Positions 27,884 through 35,814 of a DNA stretch of 64,000 nt are shown piece after piece. The notes under the pieces were generated by a model, which was not told the DNA's origin, made no database searches, and saw only the letters and a list, made by a program, of their open reading frames with translations. A program made the position numbers and the translations under genes. The stretch spans positions 29,109 through 93,108 of the forward strand of contig OMZJ01000115.1 of assembly GCA_900315495.1 (NCBI GenBank). The letters run 5' to 3'. Origin of the DNA: an uncultured Lachnospiraceae bacterium. Lineage in GTDB: Bacteria > Bacillota > Clostridia > Lachnospirales > Lachnospiraceae. Every line of letters begins with the position of its first letter. Position 1 is the first letter of the stretch.

Positions 27884-30055
27884 TTACTGAATGACTGTCT
27901 CGAAGGGCTTCAGATGTACGGAGACCTTTCCGCTGTCGGTTGTGATCTCCGTATCCTGCGGATCGCCGGTGTCATTGATCACGACAAGCTTTGCGATATC
28001 GCCGTAGTAGGCACACTCAGTCCGGTAGTTGCTGCAGATGTACCGGTCCATCCCGCCCTCATTGTGCGACGCCCACAGGATGGCGCGAAGCAGCATGCGA
28101 GATGCCTCGAGCCCGGTGCGGAAGGAGGACAGGTAAAGCGCACGGCCCTTTCCGAACGCTCTCGCCGTCACCAGCGGGGTCCCGTCCGCAGCCGCGGCCA
28201 GAACCTTCACATCCGGCGCCTTGAGATACACGCCGTCTACCTCCTTCATGGACGCGGGAAGATCCGGGGTGTCCTGCAGGATCCACGAATTTTTCTCCAC
28301 AGTGAAATGATACTTCCGCAGGCATTTCTTCGTCGCAAGGTCGCGGTCCACGCCGAAGACCTCTGCCATCTGGAAGAATCTGCCGTTCCGGCTGACCGCA
28401 GAGGGCTCGTTCACACCGATCAGCCCGCCGCCCTGTGCCACAAAGGCGGTCAGACGGGCGATGACCTCCGAGTCCTCCCAGTGGCGGCCGCCGCTCCAGG
28501 CAGATCCTGCCGCGCCGGCATTGATGACCACGGACGTTCCCTCCGGGAGCCCGTCCCGCACGAGATCGTCGAAGCTGATGAATTCCACATGGATCGGGAG
28601 GCCGGACATGGATTCGTTGATGTTGGTGAGATCCACCTCCGGATGCTCATGCAGATGCCCGCTGCAGATCCAGGAGCGCAGTTTTCCCCAGGAATGCAGC
28701 ACCACCACTTTGCCCGGGATCGTATACGGCCGGCAGGACTGGTTGAACTTCTTCAGCATGCGGAATTCGTCCGCCACTTTTGCCATGTAATCGCAGAAGT
28801 CCGGGAAATCCTGCACCAGATGCAGGTATCCGCCGAGGCCGATGCGGTCCACCGGCTCCCGCAGCAGCGCGCGCCGCACATTCACCCAGTACTGGCTGGC
28901 CTCCAGGGTGGGATTTCCGCCCGGGGCAAAGGTGGGCTCTCCCACCAGGCCGGTCGGAAACAGGTACGGATGGAAGCGCAGCTCGTGCACTTTCACGTCG
29001 GCACCGGCGCAGAGGCGCGCCTCGAAGCCGTTGAACACGCACTTGATCAGGCCGTCAAAGCCGAATTCCGGGAAGCGCCTGCCGTAGGGCTCCACGCCGA
29101 TCCAGCTGTCATCATAGAAGACATAGGCTTTCTTGCCGTAGCTGTGTACCAGATCGACCAGCTTCCGCCCGAAGCTTACCACAAAACGGTTGATGAAATC
29201 CATCCAGGCCAGGTATCTCTCCGACGGCACATTGTGGGTGGAGGTATACTCCCCGGCATTCACAAAGTCCTCGGACGTCATCTTCCAGCCCTTTTCCTTT
29301 GCGAATTCGCGCAGGGCCAGAGGCGTGGTCGTCATGGCGTAGGAACCCCAGTCGCTGAAGACGTCGCGGTTTTTCGGATCATCGCTCCAGAACCAGGCGA
29401 AATTATAGAACATGGAGGTGAAGCGCACGACCGTGGTATCCGGGTTCTGCCGGCACCAGTTGTCCAGCCAGTCGAGCATGTGCTTCTGGGTCTCCGGGTA
29501 CCGGGGATCCACCGCCATCAGATGCGGGCGGTCGCCCCAGTTGTTGGTGATGTGATTGTACATGGAGATCTCTTCCCAGATGCGGACCGCCAGGAAGTTG
29601 ACCGTGTAGATGTGCCAGGGCGTGATGCCGGTGGCGGTCACGGTCTCCGCCTCCGGGTCAAAGGTCCACTGATCACACGGAACCTCTTCACCGGAGGTGC
29701 GGTCAAAGACCTGCCAGAATTCCTTCGGATTATCGGTCTTGTTGATGATGAACTGCTGCCGGAAAAAGCCGCTGAGCAGATCGATGGTGACGGTGTCCGA
29801 CTCGGCGGTCACCGGCTCACTCATCAGGAAATTCTGCTGCAGCTTGTCCATGTTGGCGCGGGCCCAGTCCAGATCCGCCCGGATGATGCAGATGGTGGAA
29901 TAGATGCCGTATCCGGCCTTCGTGATCGCATCCGAAAGATGGGTCCCGTCGCTGTCCCGGATGACATCAGCCCCCCACTTTTTTGCCATCTGAAGTGTCA
30001 GATCTTCATAACCGGCTTCCCCCGGAAGCGTAAACGAACCTGTTGTATGCTCCAT
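27884..30055 (-). CDS. GH112 beta-galactoside phosphorylase (galacto-N-biose/lacto-N-biose or Gal-Rha phosphorylase family)
   Basis: Starts at ATG 30055 (SD AAGGAAGGGA). MEHTTGSFTLPGEAGYEDLTLQMAKKWGADVIRDSDGTHL...WHIYTVNFLAVRIWEEISMYNHITNNWGD...VVRFTSMFYNF resembles the LNBP/GNBP family along its length as I remember it. Confidence 0.85.
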   Translation of the reverse strand: MEHTTGSFTLPGEAGYEDLTLQMAKKWGADVIRDSDGTHLSDAITKAGYGIYSTICIIRADLDWARANMDKLQQNFLMSEPVTAESDTVTIDLLSGFFRQQFIINKTDNPKEFWQVFDRTSGEEVPCDQWTFDPEAETVTATGITPWHIYTVNFLAVRIWEEISMYNHITNNWGDRPHLMAVDPRYPETQKHMLDWLDNWCRQNPDTTVVRFTSMFYNFAWFWSDDPKNRDVFSDWGSYAMTTTPLALREFAKEKGWKMTSEDFVNAGEYTSTHNVPSERYLAWMDFINRFVVSFGRKLVDLVHSYGKKAYVFYDDSWIGVEPYGRRFPEFGFDGLIKCVFNGFEARLCAGADVKVHELRFHPYLFPTGLVGEPTFAPGGNPTLEASQYWVNVRRALLREPVDRIGLGGYLHLVQDFPDFCDYMAKVADEFRMLKKFNQSCRPYTIPGKVVVLHSWGKLRSWICSGHLHEHPEVDLTNINESMSGLPIHVEFISFDDLVRDGLPEGTSVVINAGAAGSAWSGGRHWEDSEVIARLTAFVAQGGGLIGVNEPSAVSRNGRFFQMAEVFGVDRDLATKKCLRKYHFTVEKNSWILQDTPDLPASMKEVDGVYLKAPDVKVLAAAADGTPLVTARAFGKGRALYLSSFRTGLEASRMLLRAILWASHNEGGMDRYICSNYRTECAYYGDIAKLVVINDTGDPQDTEITTDSGKVSVHLKPFETVIQ

Positions 30056-30183
30056 GATTTCTGTCCCTTCCTTTTGTTTTCGGCCCGCACCGGCTGACGG
30101 TTTGCGGACATTTCTGATTATATTATAGCCGCTTGGGGAAATCCTGCCACCCCTTCCGGGGGAATTTCCGGTTTTCGCGGATG

Positions 30184-30219
30184 ATTTCCACATTTATGAA
30201 AATTTCCACATTTATGAAA
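30184..30219. repeat. Perfect tandem direct repeat, 2 x 18 bp (ATTTCCACATTTATGAAA)
   Basis: 30184-30201 and 30202-30219 are identical. The repeat lies between the yebC terminator hairpin and a TATAAT (minus strand, 30127-30122) upstream of the GH112 gene. Confidence 0.9.
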
Positions 30220-30222
30220 TCA

Positions 30223-30254
30223 GCAGGCCCGCGGTCTTTTGACCGCGGGCCTGC
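30223..30254 (-). terminator. Terminator hairpin downstream of yebC
   Basis: GCAGGCCCGCGGTC-tttt-GACCGCGGGCCTGC, a perfect 14-bp stem about 105 nt after the yebC stop. On the minus strand it is followed by UGAUUUCAU, a modest U-tract. Confidence 0.6.
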
Positions 30255-30359
30255 TTCTGTTTCACCAGCCTGTCAGGAAACAAGGATGATTGAAATCCGA
30301 TGCTTCTTGGTTTCCGTCCGGATGATTGGATTCTCTCAGATTTCCTGAACCGGATCGGA

Positions 30360-31106
30360 TTACTCCTCATCCTCCTCCGGCTCATTCCAGTTGTGATAGA
30401 CTTCCTGCACGTCATCGACGTCGTCGAGAAGATCCAGAATTCTTCTCATCTTCTTGACGGCTTCCGGATCCGTGAGATCCACATAGTTCTGCGGGATCTC
30501 CGTGACCTCGGCGCTCTCCATCGGAACGCCCTCTTTATCCAGCGCGTCGTAAACAGCCGTGAAGCTGTCCGGATCCGTGATGATCTCGTAGACATCCTCC
30601 GCGTCCTTGAAGTCCTCCGCGCCGGCGTCGAGCGCCATCATCATCAGGTCGTCCGCATCGCCCTCGTACTCTTCCTTGTCGACAATGATCTGACCTTTCC
30701 GGTCAAACATGTAGGAGACGCAGCCGACCGAGCCAACGTTGCCGTCGCCCTTGGAGAAAGCGGCGCGCACAGCGGCTGCCGTGCGGTTGCGGTTGTCTGT
30801 CAGCGTCTCCACGATAATTGCCGTGCCGCCCGGCCCGTATCCCTCGTAGGTGATGGACTCATAGTTTGCGGCATTGGCATCGCCGGCAGCCTTCTTGATG
30901 CTGTGAGCGATGGTATCATTGGGCATGTTGGCCGCCTTTGCCTTCAGGACGACCTCGTGCAGACGGCTGTTATTGTCAGGATCCGGACCTCCGGCCTTTA
31001 CAGCGACAGCGATCTCTCTTCCGATTCTGGTAAAGATCTTCCCCTTTGCCGCGTCGTTCTTCTCTTTTTTATGCTTGATGTTGGAAAACTTGGAATGTCC
31101 GGACAT
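30360..31106 (-). CDS. yebC: YebC/PmpR family DNA-binding transcriptional regulator
   Basis: MSGHSKFSNIKHKKEKNDAAKGKIFTRIGREIAVAVKAGGPDPDNNSRL is the highly conserved YebC N-terminus. Confidence 0.95.
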   Translation of the reverse strand: MSGHSKFSNIKHKKEKNDAAKGKIFTRIGREIAVAVKAGGPDPDNNSRLHEVVLKAKAANMPNDTIAHSIKKAAGDANAANYESITYEGYGPGGTAIIVETLTDNRNRTAAAVRAAFSKGDGNVGSVGCVSYMFDRKGQIIVDKEEYEGDADDLMMMALDAGAEDFKDAEDVYEIITDPDSFTAVYDALDKEGVPMESAEVTEIPQNYVDLTDPEAVKKMRRILDLLDDVDDVQEVYHNWNEPEEDEE

Positions 31107-31183
31107 ACTTTTGCTCTGCTCCTTCTGATGCTTTCAAAAACAACGGACCCGCTGCCCTGCAGGAGCAGGACAGCCTTATTATT

Positions 31184-32071
31184 TTATACCACTTTCGCGC
31201 CGCTTTCAAGCCCCTGTGCACCGGCATCCGGATCTTTGCTGACCGACACCAGCTGGATCATGTTGTCCCCGACGCGCAGCACCCGGAAAATCCAGCCGCC
31301 GAAGCGGATGACCGGTTTTTCCCGCTGCGACGGAATGCGGTCCAGCCGGCTGATCAGGAAACCGTTCAGCGTATCGAACTCCTCTTCCTCCTCCCCGAGG
31401 TCCAGGTTCAGTGTCCGGCAGACATCCTCCATGTGGGCGACACCCTCAATGATATAGGATCCGTCGCGGCGCTTTTCGATTCCGCTCTCGTCCTTGTCGC
31501 TCTCATCGAGAATGCTCCCCACAATTTCCTCGAGAATGTCCTCAATGGTGAGGATGCCGGCCGTCTGGCCGTACTCGTCCACCACGACCGCGATGTGGAT
31601 CTTCCGGGACTGCATCTCCCGGAACAGGTTCATGATCTGCTTGGTTTCCGGGATGAAATGCGCCTCCTGCACCAGCCCGGCGATCTGCCCGATCGGGATA
31701 TCCAGATTTTCCGGGTGCAGATAGGCATCGAACGCGGTTCGAAGATGAAGGATGCCGACGATATCGTCCAGATCCTCCCGGTAGACCGGGTACCTGGTCT
31801 TCTGGTCCCGCAGCATGTCGTCGATCGCCTCGCGCAGCGTGAGCGTTTCCGACAGCGCAAAGATCTGGCTGCGGTCCGTCATGATGTCATGCGCCTGCTC
31901 CTCTTTCATGTCGAGGATGTTGCCGATCATTTCCGCCTCGTTCCGTGAGAGAAAGTCCTTGTCCGTTCCCTCCGCCACGAGATCCGAGAGCTGCTCCATG
32001 TACTCGTCTTCTTCTGTCTTTTCCTGATCCCTCTTTCTGCCGAAGGGACTCCACAAGCCGCCGCCGTCCAT
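31184..32071 (-). CDS. CBS-pair plus CorC/HlyC transporter-associated domain protein (CorC/YbeX-like, soluble)
   Basis: IGNILDMKEEQAHDIMTDRSQI (CBS1), IAVVVDEYGQTAGILTIEDILEEIVG (CBS2) and a C-terminal CorC_HlyC-like domain. There is no DUF21 membrane domain. I prefer ATG 32071 (GGAGG 9 nt upstream) over TTG 32077. Confidence 0.85.
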   Translation of the reverse strand: MDGGGLWSPFGRKRDQEKTEEDEYMEQLSDLVAEGTDKDFLSRNEAEMIGNILDMKEEQAHDIMTDRSQIFALSETLTLREAIDDMLRDQKTRYPVYREDLDDIVGILHLRTAFDAYLHPENLDIPIGQIAGLVQEAHFIPETKQIMNLFREMQSRKIHIAVVVDEYGQTAGILTIEDILEEIVGSILDESDKDESGIEKRRDGSYIIEGVAHMEDVCRTLNLDLGEEEEEFDTLNGFLISRLDRIPSQREKPVIRFGGWIFRVLRVGDNMIQLVSVSKDPDAGAQGLESGAKVV

Positions 32072-32073
32072 CG

Positions 32074-33213
32074 TCAATGGCCTCCGCGCTCCGCCGGCAG
32101 ATAAAGCCTCGGAACTCTCTGATTGATGTCGCAGAGCAGTTCGTAGTGGAACCGTCCGGACACGGCCGCCAGCTCCTCCAGGGGGATTTCTTCCTCTCCG
32201 TCGCGCCCGATCATGGTCACCTCATCCCCGATGGCGATATCCGGAATGTCCGTGACATCCAGCATCGTCTGGTCCATGCACACGCGCCCCGCGATCGGCG
32301 CCCGGCGGCCGCGCACCAGCATATCCATCTTTCCGGAAGCGGAACGGGGATACCCGTCCCCGTACCCGACGGACACCGTCGCGATCACGCTCTCCCGCGC
32401 GGTCACAAAGGTACCGCCGTATCCGATCGGGATTCCGGCCGGCACAGTCTTGAGATAGATCACCCGCGCGCGGAAGGTCAGGGCCGGCGCCAGCGGGAAC
32501 GCCGCGCGGTTCATCTCGTCCGATGGATAGTAGCCGTACAGGGCGATGCCGATCCGGAACATGTCGCCGGGAATGTTTTTCATCTCCATCGCCGCGGCGC
32601 TGTTTCCGATGTGACAGACTTCCGGGCGGAGCCCCGCCTGCTGCAGCGTGTCAATCACCGCGCGGAATTTCTCCATCTGCCGCACGGACGCACTGCGGTC
32701 CGCACAGTCCGCGGTTGCCAGGTGGCTGAACATCCCCTCGACCGCAATCCCCGGCAGGGCTTTCAGGCTCTTCGTGAAGGGAAGGACCTCCTCCGGACGG
32801 ATGCCGATGCGGCCCATGCCGGTGTCCACTTTGATGTGGACAATCGCCTTCTTTCCCATGCGGGCTGCACACGCGCTCAGGGCGCGCATCTTAGTGAGGT
32901 CGAACGCGGCCATCCGGATTTCATTCTGAATCAGATCCGGGAACCTGCTTTCCGAGACCCCTCCCAGAACGAGAATCGGCTTGTCAATGCCTGCGCTGCG
33001 CAGCGCGATGGCCTCCTCGATGGTGGCCGTGGCACAGCCCCAGATCAGATCTTCGACCGCACGGACAGCCTGCACCGCCCCGAGGCCGTAGCCGTCCGTC
33101 TTGACGACCGCCATCAGTTTTTTATCTTCGGGAATTCTTCGGCGGAACTCCAGCATATTGCTGCGGATCGCGGCAAGATCCACGATCGCGGCAGTTCGTT
33201 CAAAATTCATCAT
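32074..33213 (-). CDS. alr: Alanine racemase
   Basis: MMNFERTAAIVDLAAIRSNM..., PLP-Lys region LMAVVKTDGYGLG, and VGYGDGYPR. The start at ATG 33213 overlaps the end of nnr by 14 nt. Confidence 0.9.
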   Translation of the reverse strand: MMNFERTAAIVDLAAIRSNMLEFRRRIPEDKKLMAVVKTDGYGLGAVQAVRAVEDLIWGCATATIEEAIALRSAGIDKPILVLGGVSESRFPDLIQNEIRMAAFDLTKMRALSACAARMGKKAIVHIKVDTGMGRIGIRPEEVLPFTKSLKALPGIAVEGMFSHLATADCADRSASVRQMEKFRAVIDTLQQAGLRPEVCHIGNSAAAMEMKNIPGDMFRIGIALYGYYPSDEMNRAAFPLAPALTFRARVIYLKTVPAGIPIGYGGTFVTARESVIATVSVGYGDGYPRSASGKMDMLVRGRRAPIAGRVCMDQTMLDVTDIPDIAIGDEVTMIGRDGEEEIPLEELAAVSGRFHYELLCDINQRVPRLYLPAERGGH

Positions 33214-34792
33214 CCATCTCCCGTCCATCCGGACGGCATTCGTCTCCTGTGCGGAGTGCCTCCGGAATATGATCACAAATATCACGCGAAGTCATGCCGC
33301 GCTTTCCCCGGTCCCGCGCAGCCAGGTCTCCGGCCAGCCCGTGAAACCAGACGGCCGCCGGCACTGCCTGCTGCGGGGCACTTCCCCCGGCCAGAATTCC
33401 CCCGGTGAGTCCGGCCAGCACATCGCCGCTGCCGCCGGTGCCGCAGCCGTCATTGCCGGTCAGGTTCAGGTATTCTGCTCCGCCGGGAACGATGGTCCAG
33501 GTGCGCGCATCCTTTGCGGCGACCGCCGCACCGGTCTGTGCTGCCAGCTCTCTGGCGCAGGCGCGGATGCCTCTCCGCTTCACCTCCGCCGTATCCGTGT
33601 GCAGAAGCCGGGCCAGTTCTCCCGGGTGCGGCGTCAGGACGCACTGCGGGCCGAGCACCGGAAGCTCCGGCTCCCCGGCCAAAAGGTTCAGCGCATCGGC
33701 GTCAAAGACCACCGGGATTTCCCCGTGCAGGGAGACGGCCAAACCGAGCGCGGCCCGGGCATCGGCGTTCCGGGAAAGCCCCGGGCCGATGACGACGGCC
33801 TTCACCGCAGGGATCAGGCGCTCCAGACCGGCGCGCTCCTCCAGTGTTCCGGCCATCACGGCCTCCGGCACCAGGGTCTGCAGCACCAGCCGGTTCTTCT
33901 CTGAAGTAACGGTTTTCACCAAGCCCGCGCCGCCGCGAAGAGCCGCTGCAGAGGCCAGGCAGGCGGCGCCGGCCATGCCGGCCGCGCCTGCAATCACCAG
34001 AACCGTTCCGAATGTGCCCTTATTTCCGTCCGGTCTGCGGCGCGGAAGCATCGCCGCCGCGTCCCGCAGCTCCAGCGCCCGTGCGCCGTCTTCCTTTTCG
34101 GAGTCTGGCGCGCGCATCCAGCCGTCCAGATCCAGACCGATCTCTGCCGGAACCACACGGCCGCTGTAAAGCGCCCCCGGATAGAGGAACTGGCCGATCT
34201 TCGGCGGCCCGAAGGTCACTGTCACATCCGCCCGCACTGCAGTTCCCTGCACGCTTCCGTCAGAAGCGGAGATGCCGCTTGCGATATCAACCGCCAGAAT
34301 CTTCGCGCCCTCCGTCTCCGCGGCGGCTGCATTCAGGCGTTCCGCCGCTCTTGCGGCCGCTCCGGTGAGAGGCCGTGACAAGCCGGTGCCGAACAGTGCA
34401 TCCACATAGAGGGCAAAGCCGGAGGGGATCGCGGCATTCAGATCGCCCTCCGCCGGGGTTAGGACACCGCCCACCGCGGCGAAAATCTTTACCTGCATCT
34501 GCCACTGGACCGAGGCATGTGCGGGATCGCCCAGGGCCGCAGCATGGCAGCGGAATCCCCGCTGTTTCAGGATTCTTGCCGCCGCAATGCCGTCCGCCCC
34601 GTTGTTGCCGGTCCCGGCCAGGACGAAAATGCCGTTTCTGCGGATCAGCGGATCTTTCCCTGCCATCCGGCAGATCTCGTCTGCCGCGGCGAGCGCCGCC
34701 CGCTCCATCAGGCAGAGAGACGGAATCCCGGTGTGCTCCGACGTGTAACGGTCCAGTGACCGGGCCCCCGCCGCGTCCAGCAGTGTAATCAT
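33200..34792 (-). CDS. nnr: Bifunctional NAD(P)H-hydrate repair enzyme (epimerase / ADP-dependent dehydratase)
   Basis: The YjeF-N part reads IFVLAGTGNNGADG. The C-terminal carbohydrate-kinase part reads GTFGTVLVIAGAAGMAGAACLAS...GNDGCGTGGSGDVLAG. Confidence 0.9.
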   Translation of the reverse strand: MITLLDAAGARSLDRYTSEHTGIPSLCLMERAALAAADEICRMAGKDPLIRRNGIFVLAGTGNNGADGIAAARILKQRGFRCHAAALGDPAHASVQWQMQVKIFAAVGGVLTPAEGDLNAAIPSGFALYVDALFGTGLSRPLTGAAARAAERLNAAAAETEGAKILAVDIASGISASDGSVQGTAVRADVTVTFGPPKIGQFLYPGALYSGRVVPAEIGLDLDGWMRAPDSEKEDGARALELRDAAAMLPRRRPDGNKGTFGTVLVIAGAAGMAGAACLASAAALRGGAGLVKTVTSEKNRLVLQTLVPEAVMAGTLEERAGLERLIPAVKAVVIGPGLSRNADARAALGLAVSLHGEIPVVFDADALNLLAGEPELPVLGPQCVLTPHPGELARLLHTDTAEVKRRGIRACARELAAQTGAAVAAKDARTWTIVPGGAEYLNLTGNDGCGTGGSGDVLAGLTGGILAGGSAPQQAVPAAVWFHGLAGDLAARDRGKRGMTSRDICDHIPEALRTGDECRPDGREMDDEF

Positions 34793-35442
34793 CCGTTCTC
34801 CCCCTGCTCTTCTCCCTCCGGGTTGTTCAGCCGGTAGGAAATGCGCATCAGACTCTCCGAAAGGTGGACATTTTCCACCACTATTCCCTCGGGGACGTCC
34901 AGATCCACATGGGCGAAATTCCAGATCCCGCGGACGCCCGCAGCGACCAGCCGGGCGGTCATCTCCTGTGCTGATTCCTTCGGCAGGGTCAGCGCGGCGA
35001 TGTCGGCCGGATTTTTCGAAAGATACGTCTCCAGCATACTGGTCGGATAGACCGGTATGCCGTTGAGGATCTGTCCGGACAGCTCCGGACGGATGTCGAA
35101 CATTGCGCGGAAGACAAAGCCTCTGCGCTCAAAATTTCCATAATTGGCGATTGCCTGCCCGAGATGTCCGGCGCCGATGATGACGACGCTGTAGGTCCGG
35201 TCCAGGCCGAGGATCTTGCCGATCTCGTCATAGAGATGGCGGACGTTGTAGCCGTATCCCTGCTGTCCGAATCCGCCGAAATTATTGAGATCCTGGCGGA
35301 TCTGGGACGCCGTGATATTCATCCGCCCCGAGAGATCGCGCGAGGAAATTCTCTCCACGCCGTCGTTCATCAGCTCGCCCAGGTACCGGTAATACCGGGG
35401 CAGCCGTTTGACAACGGCCCTTGATATTGTCTTCTGTGCCAT
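34789..35442 (-). CDS. rex: Redox-sensing transcriptional repressor Rex
   Basis: ISRAVVKRLPRYYRYL, ISSRDLSGRMNITASQIRQDLNNFGGFGQQGYGY, and the Rossmann motif VVIIGAGHLGQAIANY. Confidence 0.95.
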   Translation of the reverse strand: MAQKTISRAVVKRLPRYYRYLGELMNDGVERISSRDLSGRMNITASQIRQDLNNFGGFGQQGYGYNVRHLYDEIGKILGLDRTYSVVIIGAGHLGQAIANYGNFERRGFVFRAMFDIRPELSGQILNGIPVYPTSMLETYLSKNPADIAALTLPKESAQEMTARLVAAGVRGIWNFAHVDLDVPEGIVVENVHLSESLMRISYRLNNPEGEEQGENG

Positions 35443-35469
35443 GCATCTGCCTTTCTATGAAACGAATTA

Positions 35470-35498
35470 ATTATATCGACCTGTTAAGAAACTGTCAA
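35470..35498 (-). promoter_or_regulatory. Consensus sigma-A promoter of rex
   Basis: Minus strand: TTGACA-17 nt-TATAAT, about 25 nt upstream of the rex ATG. Confidence 0.65.
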
Positions 35499-35676
35499 TC
35501 TTATCCTGCCCGTCCTGCCGCTGTGGCCGCCGGAATCCATCCGCACGATGACAGCTCCCCTGTTCCGGACACGCCTGGTGCCGTCCCGCTCCCTCCGGCC
35601 GACGCCGTTGCCTGATTCTGCCCGGATGAGCCGGGCGAAGAACCGGTCAAGGGCTGCGGCGCCGTCCGGCGCTGAT

Positions 35677-35705
35677 TTGACTTTGCAGGGTACATCCGGT
35701 AGAAT
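35677..35705 (+). promoter_or_regulatory. Putative sigma-A promoter of the ABC-F gene
   Basis: TTGACT-17 nt-TAGAAT, about 105 nt upstream of ATG 35815. Confidence 0.55.
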
Positions 35706-35814
35706 ATCTGTTGCTGCGCCGGGGCGTATGAAACCGAGATGCCCTGCGGCCGCGGCGCATTTCATCCGTGCCTGCCGCCTGCGGCACATATGTTCAAAGA
35801 CATCTGGAGCAGAT

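Noticed and set aside
27914-30097. 727-aa + strand ORF.
   Set aside because: It is antisense to the GH112 phosphorylase gene, which has full-length family similarity. The composition is that of a shadow frame.
35706-35814. The ABC-F 5' UTR contains an in-frame upstream ATG (35728) and GC hairpins. I considered it as a ribosome-stalling leader peptide/attenuator of the kind found before antibiotic-resistance ABC-F genes.
   Set aside because: No terminator (hairpin plus U-tract) follows the hairpins, and no separate short uORF with its own stop is present. The protein has the Uup/YfmR-type C-terminal coiled coil rather than ARE-type features.
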